A stretch of DNA of 64,000 nt from Mantamonas sphyraenae STR306 (taxonomy: Eukaryota > Protista > CRuMs), in NCBI GenBank assembly GCA_026936335.1, contig JAPMXV010000075.1, forward strand, positions 146,360 to 210,359. Reading direction: 5' to 3'. The position numbers and the translations under genes were made by a program. Below, piece by piece: positions 11,923 to 24,700 of the stretch (positions are counted from its first letter, which is position 1; every line of letters starts with the position of its first letter). The notes below the pieces were generated by a model. It was given only the letters and a program-made list of their open reading frames with translations, did no database searches and was not told the origin of the DNA.

Positions 11923-12744
11923 AGCTCTCACTGGGTACGTGTAGTTGTTCAATTGACATGAGGTTGCTATAGCATCGAGTGAGTCTGCACGGGTCAACAA
12001 GGCCGCGCAAGAGGCTGAAAAAGGCGTGGGCAACATTTTTGAAAAGGGGCCGCACTCTGAGAGCCCACCATCCACAGGGTGGCCAGACCGCGCGCACAGC
12101 CCAGAAAGGCCAGGTATCTACGTGCTGGACACGTAGGCGAGCCAGTAGGCGAGGTGTGTGGTTGTGGTTGTCGGTCGCCGCCGCCGACGCGTCCAAAATC
12201 GGTACAGTGTGCTTCACGAGGGCAGTCAGTCAGCTCGTGACTGCCCACCAGCCCTCGATGATGCATGTTGGCTTGAGGTTCTCGTGATCCCGACTGCGCA
12301 TTGGACGGGAGGGGATGGTCGGGATCTCCTTTGCCACATTCGACACAACCTGGTCCATTCCTCTCCCCTCTTTCCCCACTCGCTCACATGGCTTCGTTCA
12401 GTTCGACCATCCCTGTTTCATCCTTCTCCCACTCCTCCTTCCCCGATTGGGCGCGGTTCGCGGGGTGTGCCAACGAAATTTCTCGTGTCATCATGGGTGC
12501 TTTCAAGGCGACTCGACACGACGCACGAGTCCATGTAGGTTGGCATTTGGTGGGTGGAGTGGACTGTTGGGGTGGGGGGGTGGGTCGGGCTCGGATTCAA
12601 GGCGACAATTCGGCACGTGTCAACCATTTGCCGAATGTTCCGCAGATTCACTCGTCACCGCGACGCTTGACATCAGCGCGAGTATCTCGAGTGTGCGTGC
12701 CCAGAGTCGCTTCCATGTGGACTCGATGAGATGAACAGAGATGC

Positions 12745-15700
12745 TTGGGACCATGCGATTTGAGGGCGACGTCCTTGGGAGAGGGCTTGTGCGAGAGGGA
12801 AAAATACGTGCACGAGCATGCAGCCCAGCTCACACACACACCACACGTCGACTGTACATCAACACAGGACGCGGAGCTCGAGTGCATTCATACTTGGAAG
12901 TCACGGGGATGTATTCGCAAAGATGAAAAGTATCGCCGCATCGAAAAGGAAGCGACGACGTCTGAAAGCTTCCGGAACCCGAGACGCACAAGGGTGTCAG
13001 AGTTTGGCGATCGTGAGTCACAGACTCAATATGCGGGGACAAGCGAGTGCGTGGAGAGACGCGCAGGTGCGAGACAACGTGTCACATCAACAAATCGATG
13101 GGATAGGCTTGGACGGGCGAGTTGGACAGGGCGGCTGGCGATTGTGGCGCTTTTCGTGGTGCAGGTCGTCTGCTGGAGAGTGGATGCAGGCGCAGTGTGT
13201 CCCGCGAACACATACAACGTGACCATGGGCAACTCTTCGGTGTGCACGGCATGTCCGTCAGGCAAGTACAGCAGTGCCGGGTCGCCCGCGTGCTACGCGC
13301 CGTGGGTGACCCAGTTTGGTGGCACCGGTGAGGACGCCATGTACGGTGCTCTATTTGTGAAGGATGGTGTGGTGGCGTGGGGAAGGACCACAGGATCCAT
13401 CAACGGGGTGGCGTGTCCAGAGCCTGGGGTTCATACCGGGTACGTGACCAAGTTGGATTTCAGTGGTACCGTCCAGTGGACCACCATGATTAACCGTGGA
13501 ACAGGGCCAGATGGCGTGCACGATGTGGACGTAGATGATGCTGGGAATCTGTATTTGGCTGCGTTTACATTTGGTGGAGCGTACCCGGGGTTTGCATACA
13601 AGGGCCACTACGACCTGGTGATGATGAAACTCTCCCCTCAGGGAACCCAGTTGTGGGTCGACCAGTTTGGTTCAACTGGCCATGACAATCCCTCTTCATC
13701 GTTGGTAACCGCGGATGGACGCGTGCATCTTTTTGGCTGGGTGTCAGGAGACGTGGACGGGCTCGCCAGTGCGGGCCAAGATTCTATCGTTCGCACCTAC
13801 AATCAGACGGGCTCTGTGCTTTCCACCTATATGTGGGGTACATCTGCAACCGACTCTTTGGCAAACATTTTCAATGCTCGCGAGTCGTCGAACGGAAGTG
13901 TTTGCGCGGTCGGGGGCACTTCTGGTTCGTTTGACGGGTACACGCTGTCGGGTGCATCGGACGCCTTCTTTACGGTGTTTCAGGCCGATGGAAGCAACTA
14001 CACAGTGCAGTTTGGATCGACGTCAACTGACACGGCCAGTGGGTGTACGTGGTCATCCGATGGGGAGAAGTTGTTCGTCTCCGGCACAACCGGGGGTTCA
14101 ATTGGATCACAGGTGCACGTTTCTGGGAACGACATGTTTGTCGCAATGTTCTCGGGACAAAACATGGTGTGGGTCGCCCAGGCAGGTTCTCAAGGGGATG
14201 AATTTGGAAACGGCCTCGTGTTTTGGGACGACACCCTGCTGGCATGTGGACGAACGACTGGTTCCATGGAAGTGGGGCACGCGCTGGGAGGTCTAGACGT
14301 GTTTTGTACGTACATCCGCGCGTCAGATGGCTCCGTGTTGGAGACCATGCAATCTGGAAGCAGCGGTGACAACTACGCAGAAGCCATGGATATTGATGCA
14401 GGTGGCAACGTGCTTCTTTCATCATCCAGTGTGGGATCTGTGGATGGAAACTCAGCGTTGGGTAATTTTGATGCTGTGGTGTGGTGGAGGCCGTTCAAGT
14501 GTCCAGCGGGAAGATACGGGTTGTTCTGCACACTGTGTCCAATGGGCACGTACAGCAGTGAAGAAGGCGCTATGCGGTGCACACAGGCGACGTGTACTAC
14601 GGGTCAATTTCAGGGTGTTGCCACAGGCCGGACCTCTTTGGCAGATGTGTGCTTCCCTATGGTCAAAGGAGTCTGGACGTACACGACCGCACGCTCAGGG
14701 GAGGCTGAAAATGCCTACGCCGTCCACATTGACGCTGCAAGCAACACGCTCCTCACTGGGTACACAAACGGTGTAATCAAAGCAGGAAACTCCTCAGGGA
14801 ACGCCCAGGGCATCCATGACGCTTGGGTACGCAAAGCCAAACCAGACGGTACAGCGCTGTGGTCCCACCAATGGGGCACAACAGGACATGATGCAGGCCA
14901 CGCTGTTTGCTCGGATGACGCCCTGGACGTGTACGTGGGAGGATACGTCTCCAACAACGTTGGTCACATCACAAAGCTTTCTGGCTCAACGGGAAGCCAG
15001 CTGTGGCAGGTTTCAGATCTTGAAGCGTCGTCGTTTGTCACCGCGGTGGCAGAACACAAGGGTGTTCTCTTTGCTGGAGGTGATGCACACGCAAACCAGC
15101 ACGGCTTCACCAACCCGATCCCTGGTCGCAGGTATGGCTGGGTAGGTGCGTTGAGCGCATCCAACGGCACATGGTTGTGGTTCAAGCCAATTCGCTCAGA
15201 GTTCGACGACGCTGTGACAGCGATCGCGGTAGACACTGTAGACGGCACTGTCTTTGTTGGAGGCGTCACCGGTGGCATTATCGGGGTCACCAGCGGGACG
15301 ACGGGGAAAGCAGCTGCTTTTGTCGGTCGCTACACTTCAACGGGCACACTCGTGTATCTGGTGCAGACCGAAGCGACGATGACTGGGCGGGGTCTGGCGT
15401 ACGATCGCGCCAGGGGGGCACTGTACCAGTCGGGGTACACCAACGCAGCCATCCCCGGGGCTGGCGGTCACTTTGGCGCAGATGACGTGTTTGTCACGCG
15501 CTATAGTGCGTCCACGGGAGTACGTGAGTGGACCATACAGTACGGAGGCACCGGGAACGATCGGTCGTGGGGGTTGGCTGTGGATGTCGACGGCGCCCTG
15601 TACGTCGCAGGCGAAACATCTTCCAACTTTGACGGATACACGAACCCGGTCCCAGGGGACGGACAGATGCTACTGAGCAAGGTTGCTCCGGACGGTGTGC

Positions 15701-18700
15701 GTTTGTGGACGAAGATTTGGGGCACCATTGCGTATGATGGAAACTATGCAGTACATGTGCGGAATGGGTATCTGTACACCGCCGGGTGGTTCAATGGGCC
15801 GGCAACGGATGGATGCATGACACTACTGGACCACCCTCCGTGTCCCGAGGGAACATATGAGCGGCTGGACGCGACACTCGACCAGCCATATAGGGCTGCT
15901 TGCCAACCATGCGACAACGATTTGTGCGTCTCGGGTTCCAAGGCATTGGTCGCCAGCGATCTCTATGGGGAATCCTTTACCATCCTACCCAGTGATGTCG
16001 GTGGATACGAGGTGTTCTTCAACAGTGCGGAGCGTTTTGTGATAGGCCGAATCACATCTCAGAACGATGAGGTATTTGCGATCACAGGGAACGTGACGGG
16101 TCTGTCTGCTGACGTATTCGGCATCCTTGGATCTCTCGACGGTGACATGATTCTCCAGATTCACCGTGACGAACCCAGCAACAAACCCATTGCGCTGGTG
16201 CGCGTGGACAACAAAGGAAATGTGGTATGGGCTCGCGAGTACTACTCTTTCCCCTACATTGCCAATGTCAGGGTACTCAGATTTCTGACGCTGCTGCAAC
16301 TGGACAACAGCAACATGCTATTGTCCGGGCAAATCAAGTCCACCTTCAATGGGGTCATTGCAGATTTCCTGCTGTGGCTGGACGGGTATGGAGTTCCAAT
16401 TGAAGCAAGATTCGGTGGCACACAGAGTTTCTTCTCCGTCCGGCTGGTTGACAACTCGCTTGGGGCGCAGGGGTTCATGGAGAACCCGCCTCGTGTTTTT
16501 GTGGGAACTTTTGACTCATCCTTGGGGTACATTTCCCGACGGCTTTCGTTCTGTGACTTTGGTGCAGGAGGCTTCTCTGACGTTGCCTCGGCAAAGCGAT
16601 CCAACGGCAACTATGTGTGGGTTTTCCGGCTCGCGGCGTCACCTGCGCTCATCCAGATTGTGGAATTGTCGTCTGAGCAGCACAGATTTGTGCTGCGTCG
16701 GCAACTGGATCCAGTTGGGATTCTGTCGTCGGAGGTTCGAACTTTGGTGGCCACAGCCGACGGGGGTGTCATCCTATACAGCAAAGTCGGCCTGACAACC
16801 CGCATTCTTCGTTTGTCACCGACCTGGCAAACGTACAACGACACCTACTATGAGTGCGCGTGTGACATCAGTATGTTGCAGCCACTGGAGAACGGCGACA
16901 TCATCCTCAGCTTCAAAGTCAGTGGTGCTACGAGCACAAAGCTCATGCGGGTTTCGTCCGCATTCGAAACTGGTACATCCTGTGAGAATCCTTTTGTTGT
17001 CAAGTCAGCCGGTTTTGTGTTGACCTCTTTCTCCCATTGCGGAACGCATTCTGTCGTGGGGGACTTTGGGTACACAAAAGAAGGGCATGGCACAGCTTCA
17101 GATTCAATGCTTGGTGCAACCAAAGCAATGGTGATGGATCACACGGCCCTCGACATTCGGATCACGACACTAAACATCTCCCAAACCTGCGGCGGCTGCG
17201 ACAACCACTGCTCCAACCGCGGTCCATGCATCAACAGCACCTGCCAGTGCAACCCGGGCTTCACCGACCGCCCCACCTGCACCGAAGGCGTCCTCTCTGG
17301 CGTGACATCGACCCTCAACCTTGTCTCCACCACCCCGCGCAACGCCCTCCCTGCCATTGTGTCCGTCCAGATGACCTCGCGCGACGCATTTGGGGTCCTG
17401 AAAACCGTCGGTGGCTACACCTCGCGCTTCCTCAACGCCACGGCCTTCCACGCAGCCACGCAGACCACGCTGCTATCATCATCCAACGCAACGGATCTGG
17501 GCACAGGTGCATACACATTCCCGTTCCTGTTGGATCCTCCTGGCGAGTGGACGATCACCGTCAACGTGGCGTCGGCATCCAACCCGCTCGCCGTTGACGG
17601 CTCCCCAACCACCAACCTCACCCTCTCGGCGTACGACTGCACGGCAGAGCTGTCTCCCAACGCCACAAGCATCTCATCGACGTCTCCTGCCCGCGTGGTG
17701 CTGAACCGAGCCACCAACATGACGATACCCACCACTGCGTTCTGCCGTCTCTCGCTCATCCGATGGGTCCCTGTGAATGTCTCGTGTACCAACTCGTCCT
17801 ACGCCTTGTTCGGTCTCCCCGTCAACGCACCACAGCCGACAGCGACGTTTCCACACCTGGGCACCTTTCAGTTGTGTTTCTCGACCGACTCTGGCACCAC
17901 TTGGCACCGACAGACATCCACATCGACGCATGTCACTGTCATTGAGCACCCTTACATCGCAGACATCCAACCCACACGACTGCAGCCTCGTGGAGTCCCA
18001 TTGACCGTGACGATGACGGGGTCTGGCTTTGACACGGTCGATCCAGCGCATGACCGAGTGTGCTTCTCGCCCAGCCACTGCGTGGCACCAACCATCCAGT
18101 CTTCTACGGGTCTCACGTGCACGCTGCCTGCCATACCGACACCTGGAAACCTCACCGTGGCCCTGTCTCTACACAGCGCAGACAACACACCCATCCCTCG
18201 CCCCGTCTACACTCCTGTGGACTGGATGAGCATCTACGAGACACCCACCATCACCTCGATCACCCCGCGTACCATCCCTGCACACGAGGGTGGCCGTGTG
18301 CGCATCGACGGCCTGCACTTCACCACACCCTCCATGGTGTTCAAACTGCACATGCTGCGTTCTCCCGGCGGTCCTGTCCTCGCCACAAACTGCACGACAC
18401 CGTCACCGACCACCGTCACCTGCGACCTTCCACCCGTCGACGCCCCTGCGCTCTCCTACGCCCAGATATCCCTCAACGACGGTGTGACATTCTCCGGTGG
18501 AGAGACCCAGCAGTTCCTGTTCATCTTTGATCGCGAAGCCAAGTGCGACAACACGGTGGAGCTGGAGATTTCGCGCCAGCTGCGCCAGGAGCTCTCTGTG
18601 GCGCACTACATGCCCAACGTGCTGCGTGGTGTGCAGCCCATGTCCAATTCTACCTGGGAGGCGTACAACGTGACAACCATCACCGACGACGACTTTTGCT

Positions 18701-21700
18701 GCCGCTTCCGTCCGGAAGACTCCGAAACACGATGCGGCGCATTCTCTGCCGCACGCACGCAAGACATGCAAGTGTCGTACGGCACCCATGCGCCTGTGGT
18801 GACGTCGGAAACCATCACGGCATGGAACCGCCCGTGCGACTTTCTGCCGCGCGCATACAAGGTGCAGCACCGCATGAACGCGAGTGTGCCGTGGCAGAGC
18901 ATGCAAGGAAGTCGGCTGTGCTCGTCCGTGTCTGGCGAACGTGGCAGTGTGTCGATCTGCGTGGACATGTTTGCCCAGGTGCTTGCGTCCCAGTTCCGCA
19001 TTGTGGTGGTCAACAACACCATCTCTGGCTCTGCGGTGGATCTTGCGTCGACCCAGGGGTACTGGATCCAAGAGATACAGGTGCGTGGCGTGCTTGTCAC
19101 CCAGCCTTACTCTCTGGTGGGTCGGTTTGTGACCTCTGGCAGCAACAGCACCAGCGTGCAGAGCGGCGCTGGGACGACGTGGACCGATGCCTTGCACGTG
19201 CAGCTGACCAATGTGCTCGGAGAGGACCTGGCCGTGGCAGGCGTGCGCGTGGTGTTGAACATCCCAGCATGGAACACCAGCGGAGTGGCCACAACGGTGG
19301 CCAATGGGAGTGCGGTGGTGCCTCGCATCAGCACGCCCAAGCCACAGCTGGTGGGCGAGGTGGCAGCACGCTTGTCGATCCACCCGCAGGATGCAATCCA
19401 GGCACCGGACCTGGATACGAGCCACGCCGTGCTGATGCGCATTGTGCCTGGCGTGGCGCATCGGGTGGTGGCCACAGCAAAGAACACCAACGGAAGCGAC
19501 GTGGCGTCGTTGATGTTCAACACGCAGCGTAGCGTGGTGCTGACAGGCACGTACACCATCGGCGTGAGTCTGAGGGACTTTGCAGGCAACACTGTGGGTG
19601 GGTATGACACACCCACACAGCGTGCATGCAACGCCACGTACTACGGCACGGTGGTGTCGACAGCGACCATGTCATCTGGCACAGCCACTCTGAGTGCACT
19701 GTCCATGGAGGCACCCAATCCAGGAGACACAACACCGCTGCAGGTGGCGTGTGCAGGCGTGGCCCACGTCGACACTGTGCCGGTGGTCGTGTTGACGGGT
19801 CTTCCCACCAACCTGACCCTGACCAACGGCACCGACCTCGTGCAGCAGACGACCACAGAGGCGACCATGCAGCTGTCTCGTCTGGTGATCACGGTCGTGG
19901 ATGACCTGGGCAATGCATCGCCAGCAGGCACAGCGCGCAACGTGTCGATTGCGTTGATCCGGGGTGGCGTGACGATGCAGGTGTGGTGGCGTAGCATCGC
20001 AGGCACAAGCACACACGTGGACACAGGCACGCTCTCTCTGGGATCCCCATTGGCCTCGGGGTCGTATGCGCTGGAGATCGCAACCGATGGACTGCATGGC
20101 ACGGCGGCGGTAGTGCAGGTGGACGTGGGAAGCGCCGTGGCCTTCCGCGTGGTGTCTGCTTCACAGACGCATCCGACACGTGCCACTGTGGCCCTGGACA
20201 CAATCACACTGCAGCCGGTGGATGTGTTGGGACAAGACACGGTGCGTCCTCCTGCACAGTGGCAGGGATCGCTGACCGTGTCCAACAACAGAAACGGCGT
20301 CATCCTGCGCACAGGCGTCCCCTTCACCTCCCCACTGCATCTGGCAAATCTGTCGCTCAGCGCACCGGCACATGGAGTGCACACAGTCAACGTGAGCAGC
20401 ACCGTGTATAATTCCGCCCTGAACGACACGCTTGTGACCCTGTCGATCACGGCTGGAAGCGTGACGCATGCGCAGTTGAACTGCACCGGTGCAGCTCTAC
20501 CTTCGAGCCCAAGTGTGCAACTGAGCACCTGTGTGGTGTCCCTGCGTGATGCGGCTGGCCAAGTGCCTGCGTTGAACGGATCCAGCGCTGTGCAGGTGTC
20601 TCTCAGCGCCAACTCGTCCATGGACCCCAGCACGGTGCTGGCCACACTTGACAGTGCAGAGGTGGACTTGACCAGCGTCCGTTTGCTGTCTCCTTTGGCA
20701 GGCACAGTGTCCCTGTCAGCAACGGTGCGTGTGGATGGGCAGAGTGTGCCTGTGCTGCCTGCGTCTGTGGCCCAACGCGTGGACGCCGGACCCGCAGCCA
20801 ATGTGACCATTGTGGCAGTGAACGGCAGTACGACCCTGGCCACTCAGCCTGGAATGCGTGTGCCCAGCGTGACGTTGGATGTGCGAGACGTGGTTGGCAA
20901 TCGGTTGGAGGTCGGCCAGGGCTCACGTGAGGCCATGGTCCGTCTGCTGCGTAGCCATGGAGCTGTGGTGCAGACGTGGAACGTGACCATCGATGGAGTG
21001 ACCTCGACGGGGCCGCTTCCGCTCGACGAGGCTCTCCCAAGCGACTCATACACGCTTGCGGTGTCATCCCAGGGACTCTACGGCGCAAACGTGGCCATTG
21101 ACGTGGTACCCGGGCCTGCGGTGGAGCTCCATGCTTTGTCCGAGTCGCTTGGTCAGCTGCGCACTGCCACGCAGGTGGCCTTGCCTCCCAGTGCATGGGT
21201 CAAACGCGACTCGCTGGGCCAGGTCACATCGATGGGAACCATCCAAACACAGGTTTCCATTGTGTACGATGGGACGAATGCAGCAGCCGTGGCCCTCGCC
21301 GGATGGACGGCGGACAAGAACGACACGGTTCTGGTTGTGTCTGGTGTGCAGCTTGCCTCACCCGTGCGTGGCAAGCACACCCTTGTGCTCACCGACGCAT
21401 TGTCGCACTTTGTGGCCAACGTCACCTTGGTCATCAACCCGGGCAATCCGGTGTCGTCGATGCTCACGTGCACCGAGGGATTCACCACGGTTGCCAGTGC
21501 TCTGCATGTGCCCATCGCATGCAACGTGAGTCTGTTGGACGCCTCCGAGTCTCTGGCGTACATTGAGGCAGGCAGGTGGGTGCGCATTGGCCTCACCATC
21601 CAGCCCACGTCGAGGGTGGCGCCTGCCTCACGCAACATCAGCCTCGTCGGAGGGCAGCACACGCTCGATTTGCACAGTCTGTTTGCACTGGAGGCGCCCA

Positions 21701-24700
21701 TGGCCCGCACGAATCCCTATGTGATGTACGTGACGATCGCGTGGTTGGGTGACGGTGTGATGACACACGAGGAACAACACAACCGGACGGTGGCCATTGT
21801 GCCCGGGTCCGCGCACAACATCACAGCGCATGTAAACGCAAGTTCGTCGACAGTGTACACAGAGAGTGGCATGCGTGCACCCGCCGTCGCTCTGGCTGTG
21901 GTGGATGCTGTGGGAAACCTGGTGTGCTCGGGTGACGCCGTGCGCAATTACACACTGCGACTGGGCACCGAGACCGCCGCGCGGTGGTGGTTGACATGGC
22001 AACCGAGCAACAACCACTCAAACAGCTGCTGGCACACAGTGGACACCCTGGCTCTGGGTACGCCATTGCCGGTGGGTGGGTACAGCGTTGTCGTCGGCAC
22101 GGATGGGTTGCATGACGCAGTGGTGCCCTTTGTTGTGAAAGAGGGCCCTGCGTCCGCCATCCAAGCCGTCCATGCGCATCTGGGCTTTGTCAAGAGTGCC
22201 ACAACGACGCTGGTGCCACAGATGCGCTTCCAGGCTGTGGATGTCCTTGGCCAAGGCACCGACGTCCCACCGCGCTCGTGGGCAGCTTCATCGCGGCTGC
22301 GGGTGGTTGCAGAGACCAGTGGACACGCCCTGCTGGCGGATGTTGTGTTTGGCCAGTGGATCAACGTGACGGGTCTGACGTTGTCGTCGCCTGCGCATGG
22401 AGACCACTGTTTTGTGCTGCGCAATGCATCCTCATCCAGTGGCGCATTGTCGTCCAACACTGTGTGCATGACTGTGGTGTCGGGTGATGTGCACTCCTTT
22501 GTGATGAACCACACACAGGCTTTGCTGAGTCTTCGCAGTGGCACCTCTGTTCCGCTCACGCCGTTGCGGTTGTATGCACTGGATGCGTCGATGGCGTTGC
22601 CAGATGTGTCCGGTGGGATGAATGTGTCTGTCAACGTCACCGTGACGACACTGGGTGTCCATGGCATCCAGGAGGTGTTGCTGCCAGACAAGACATGGTT
22701 CGATCTGCACACGGTGCAATTGATCACCCCGCGTGCTGGACAGTACATTGTACGCGCCGATGTGTTGTCGGACACTGCCCACACCCAGTCGCTGTCTGTG
22801 CCGCTGTCCATCCAGCCTGGAACCGCACACGCCATGGCTGTGGAGGACGCACCGTGGATGAAGGCAGTTGCGTCCTGGTGGCCGATGGCAGCGGTGCACG
22901 TGACGGTGCACGATGTGGCCATGAACACACTTGGATGTGACCAACTGGCCATGGAAGGCAGCTGGACAGGCCAGTTGCAAGTGATGGGGACGGCGTCGGC
23001 GGCCGTGCCCGCAGATGTGCAGGTGACCAACGCGTGTCAGCTGCGAGTGAACAGCAGCCACAGCATGGACTTTGCATTCGAGAGCACATACACAGTGCGC
23101 GTGCGCGTGCAGTCGGCACAGCAGACCGTGGCCATGGACACGCAGGTGCAAATGACGACAGAGTCGTGTGGCAAAGCAGGCAACGGGATGGTCAAGGGTG
23201 ACACCGTGCGCGGACTGGCCACAAACCGCACCGGGTGTCGCTGTGATGGATCCAAGCGGTACGATCCCATGGCAGGGCGCTGTCTGGAGGACTATGCACT
23301 CACGTCGATGAGAGTCAACTTTGTGGAGGATGTGCCCGAGTTGACGGTGGAGGTGACATTGAAGGGAGCAGACGGGCAATCCTGTGCAGGCTTGAGTGTG
23401 GTGGCAGCGCGTGTGAGTGCAACAGGCACCGGCTCGGCGGCGTCGGACACACACAGCGTGGATGTGAACAACCCGGTGCTGTCTGGGTGCAGAGTGACGC
23501 TGGTGGCTCCGTCAGTGCCGTTGTGGTACGAAAGCACGTATGCGGTGACGGCGGAGATGACGGTGTCGTCTGCGGCTGGGTTGACGATGATGAACGGTAC
23601 CATGGCGCAAGGAGTGGTCACACGAAAGTGCAGGGACAAGGTCACGCACATGGTGTTCACCAACGACCCATCGGCTGGCGCTGCACGCGGATGTGCCTGC
23701 AGTGAGGGTTACATGATGCAGACGGCAGCTGGTCAGGCTCAGACCAGTTGCGTGGCGTGCGAAAAGGGCCAGTTCAAGGGCAAGGTGGGCAACGGCGCAT
23801 GTTCTGTGTGTTCTGGCGGACGTACCACGGAAGCGGCAGGCGAGAACGACGCCAACAAGTGTCGATGCAAGCTGACAGAGTACTTTTCGGGTGTGGAGTG
23901 TTCCTCGTGCCCCAGCAACTTTGTGTGTTCCGGAAGCGACGTGGGTGAGATCCAGGTGCTGCCTGGATTTGTGGTGGATCCAAACAACCGCACACGTGCC
24001 ATCACATGCCAACTGGCGGAAGCGTGCCAGGGTGGAAACACATGCACGACGGGCTACGACGGCCTGATGTGTTCCCAGTGCGCAGACGGGTGGGGCCGTG
24101 CGTCTGGCATGCGTTGCACAGAGTGTGCCGAGCCTTGGGTAAACTGGACCATGACCATTGTGGCCACGACTGCGTTTGTGGCCGTGGTGGCCTGGTTCAT
24201 GCGACACTACATGAAAAAGGGAGCCAGCGGACCCGTGTCGTTGGCACAGTCGGTGGAAAGCGTGGAAGCCATCCCTCCCAAGCTGATCGCCAAACTGGTG
24301 CTGAACCACATGCAGATGGTGGGTCTGTTCTCGGTGGTGCGTGTGGAGTGGGGCGAACTGCTGCACGGGATGTTTGACACGGCGTCGACGGCGGGCATGG
24401 GTGTGGAGTTGGCACCCATCAGCTGCGCGTTGGATCACCCTCTGCATTACTATCGCTTCTACTGGTTTGCATCGTGGCCTTTGGTGGTGCTGGTGGTGTC
24501 GACGGTGATCCAGGTGGGTCTGTGGGTGCGTCGACGTGTGCAGAGCAACACGGGCAGCTGGAGGGAGCTGAAGCAGGCCATCCGGTACTACGCCCTTCCT
24601 CTGTCGCATGTGATGAACGCACTGTCCCACTTGATGATCCTGCGTGCGTTCATCGAGTATCTGGATTGCCAGCAGTTTGGGGACGAGTTGGTGATGCGTG

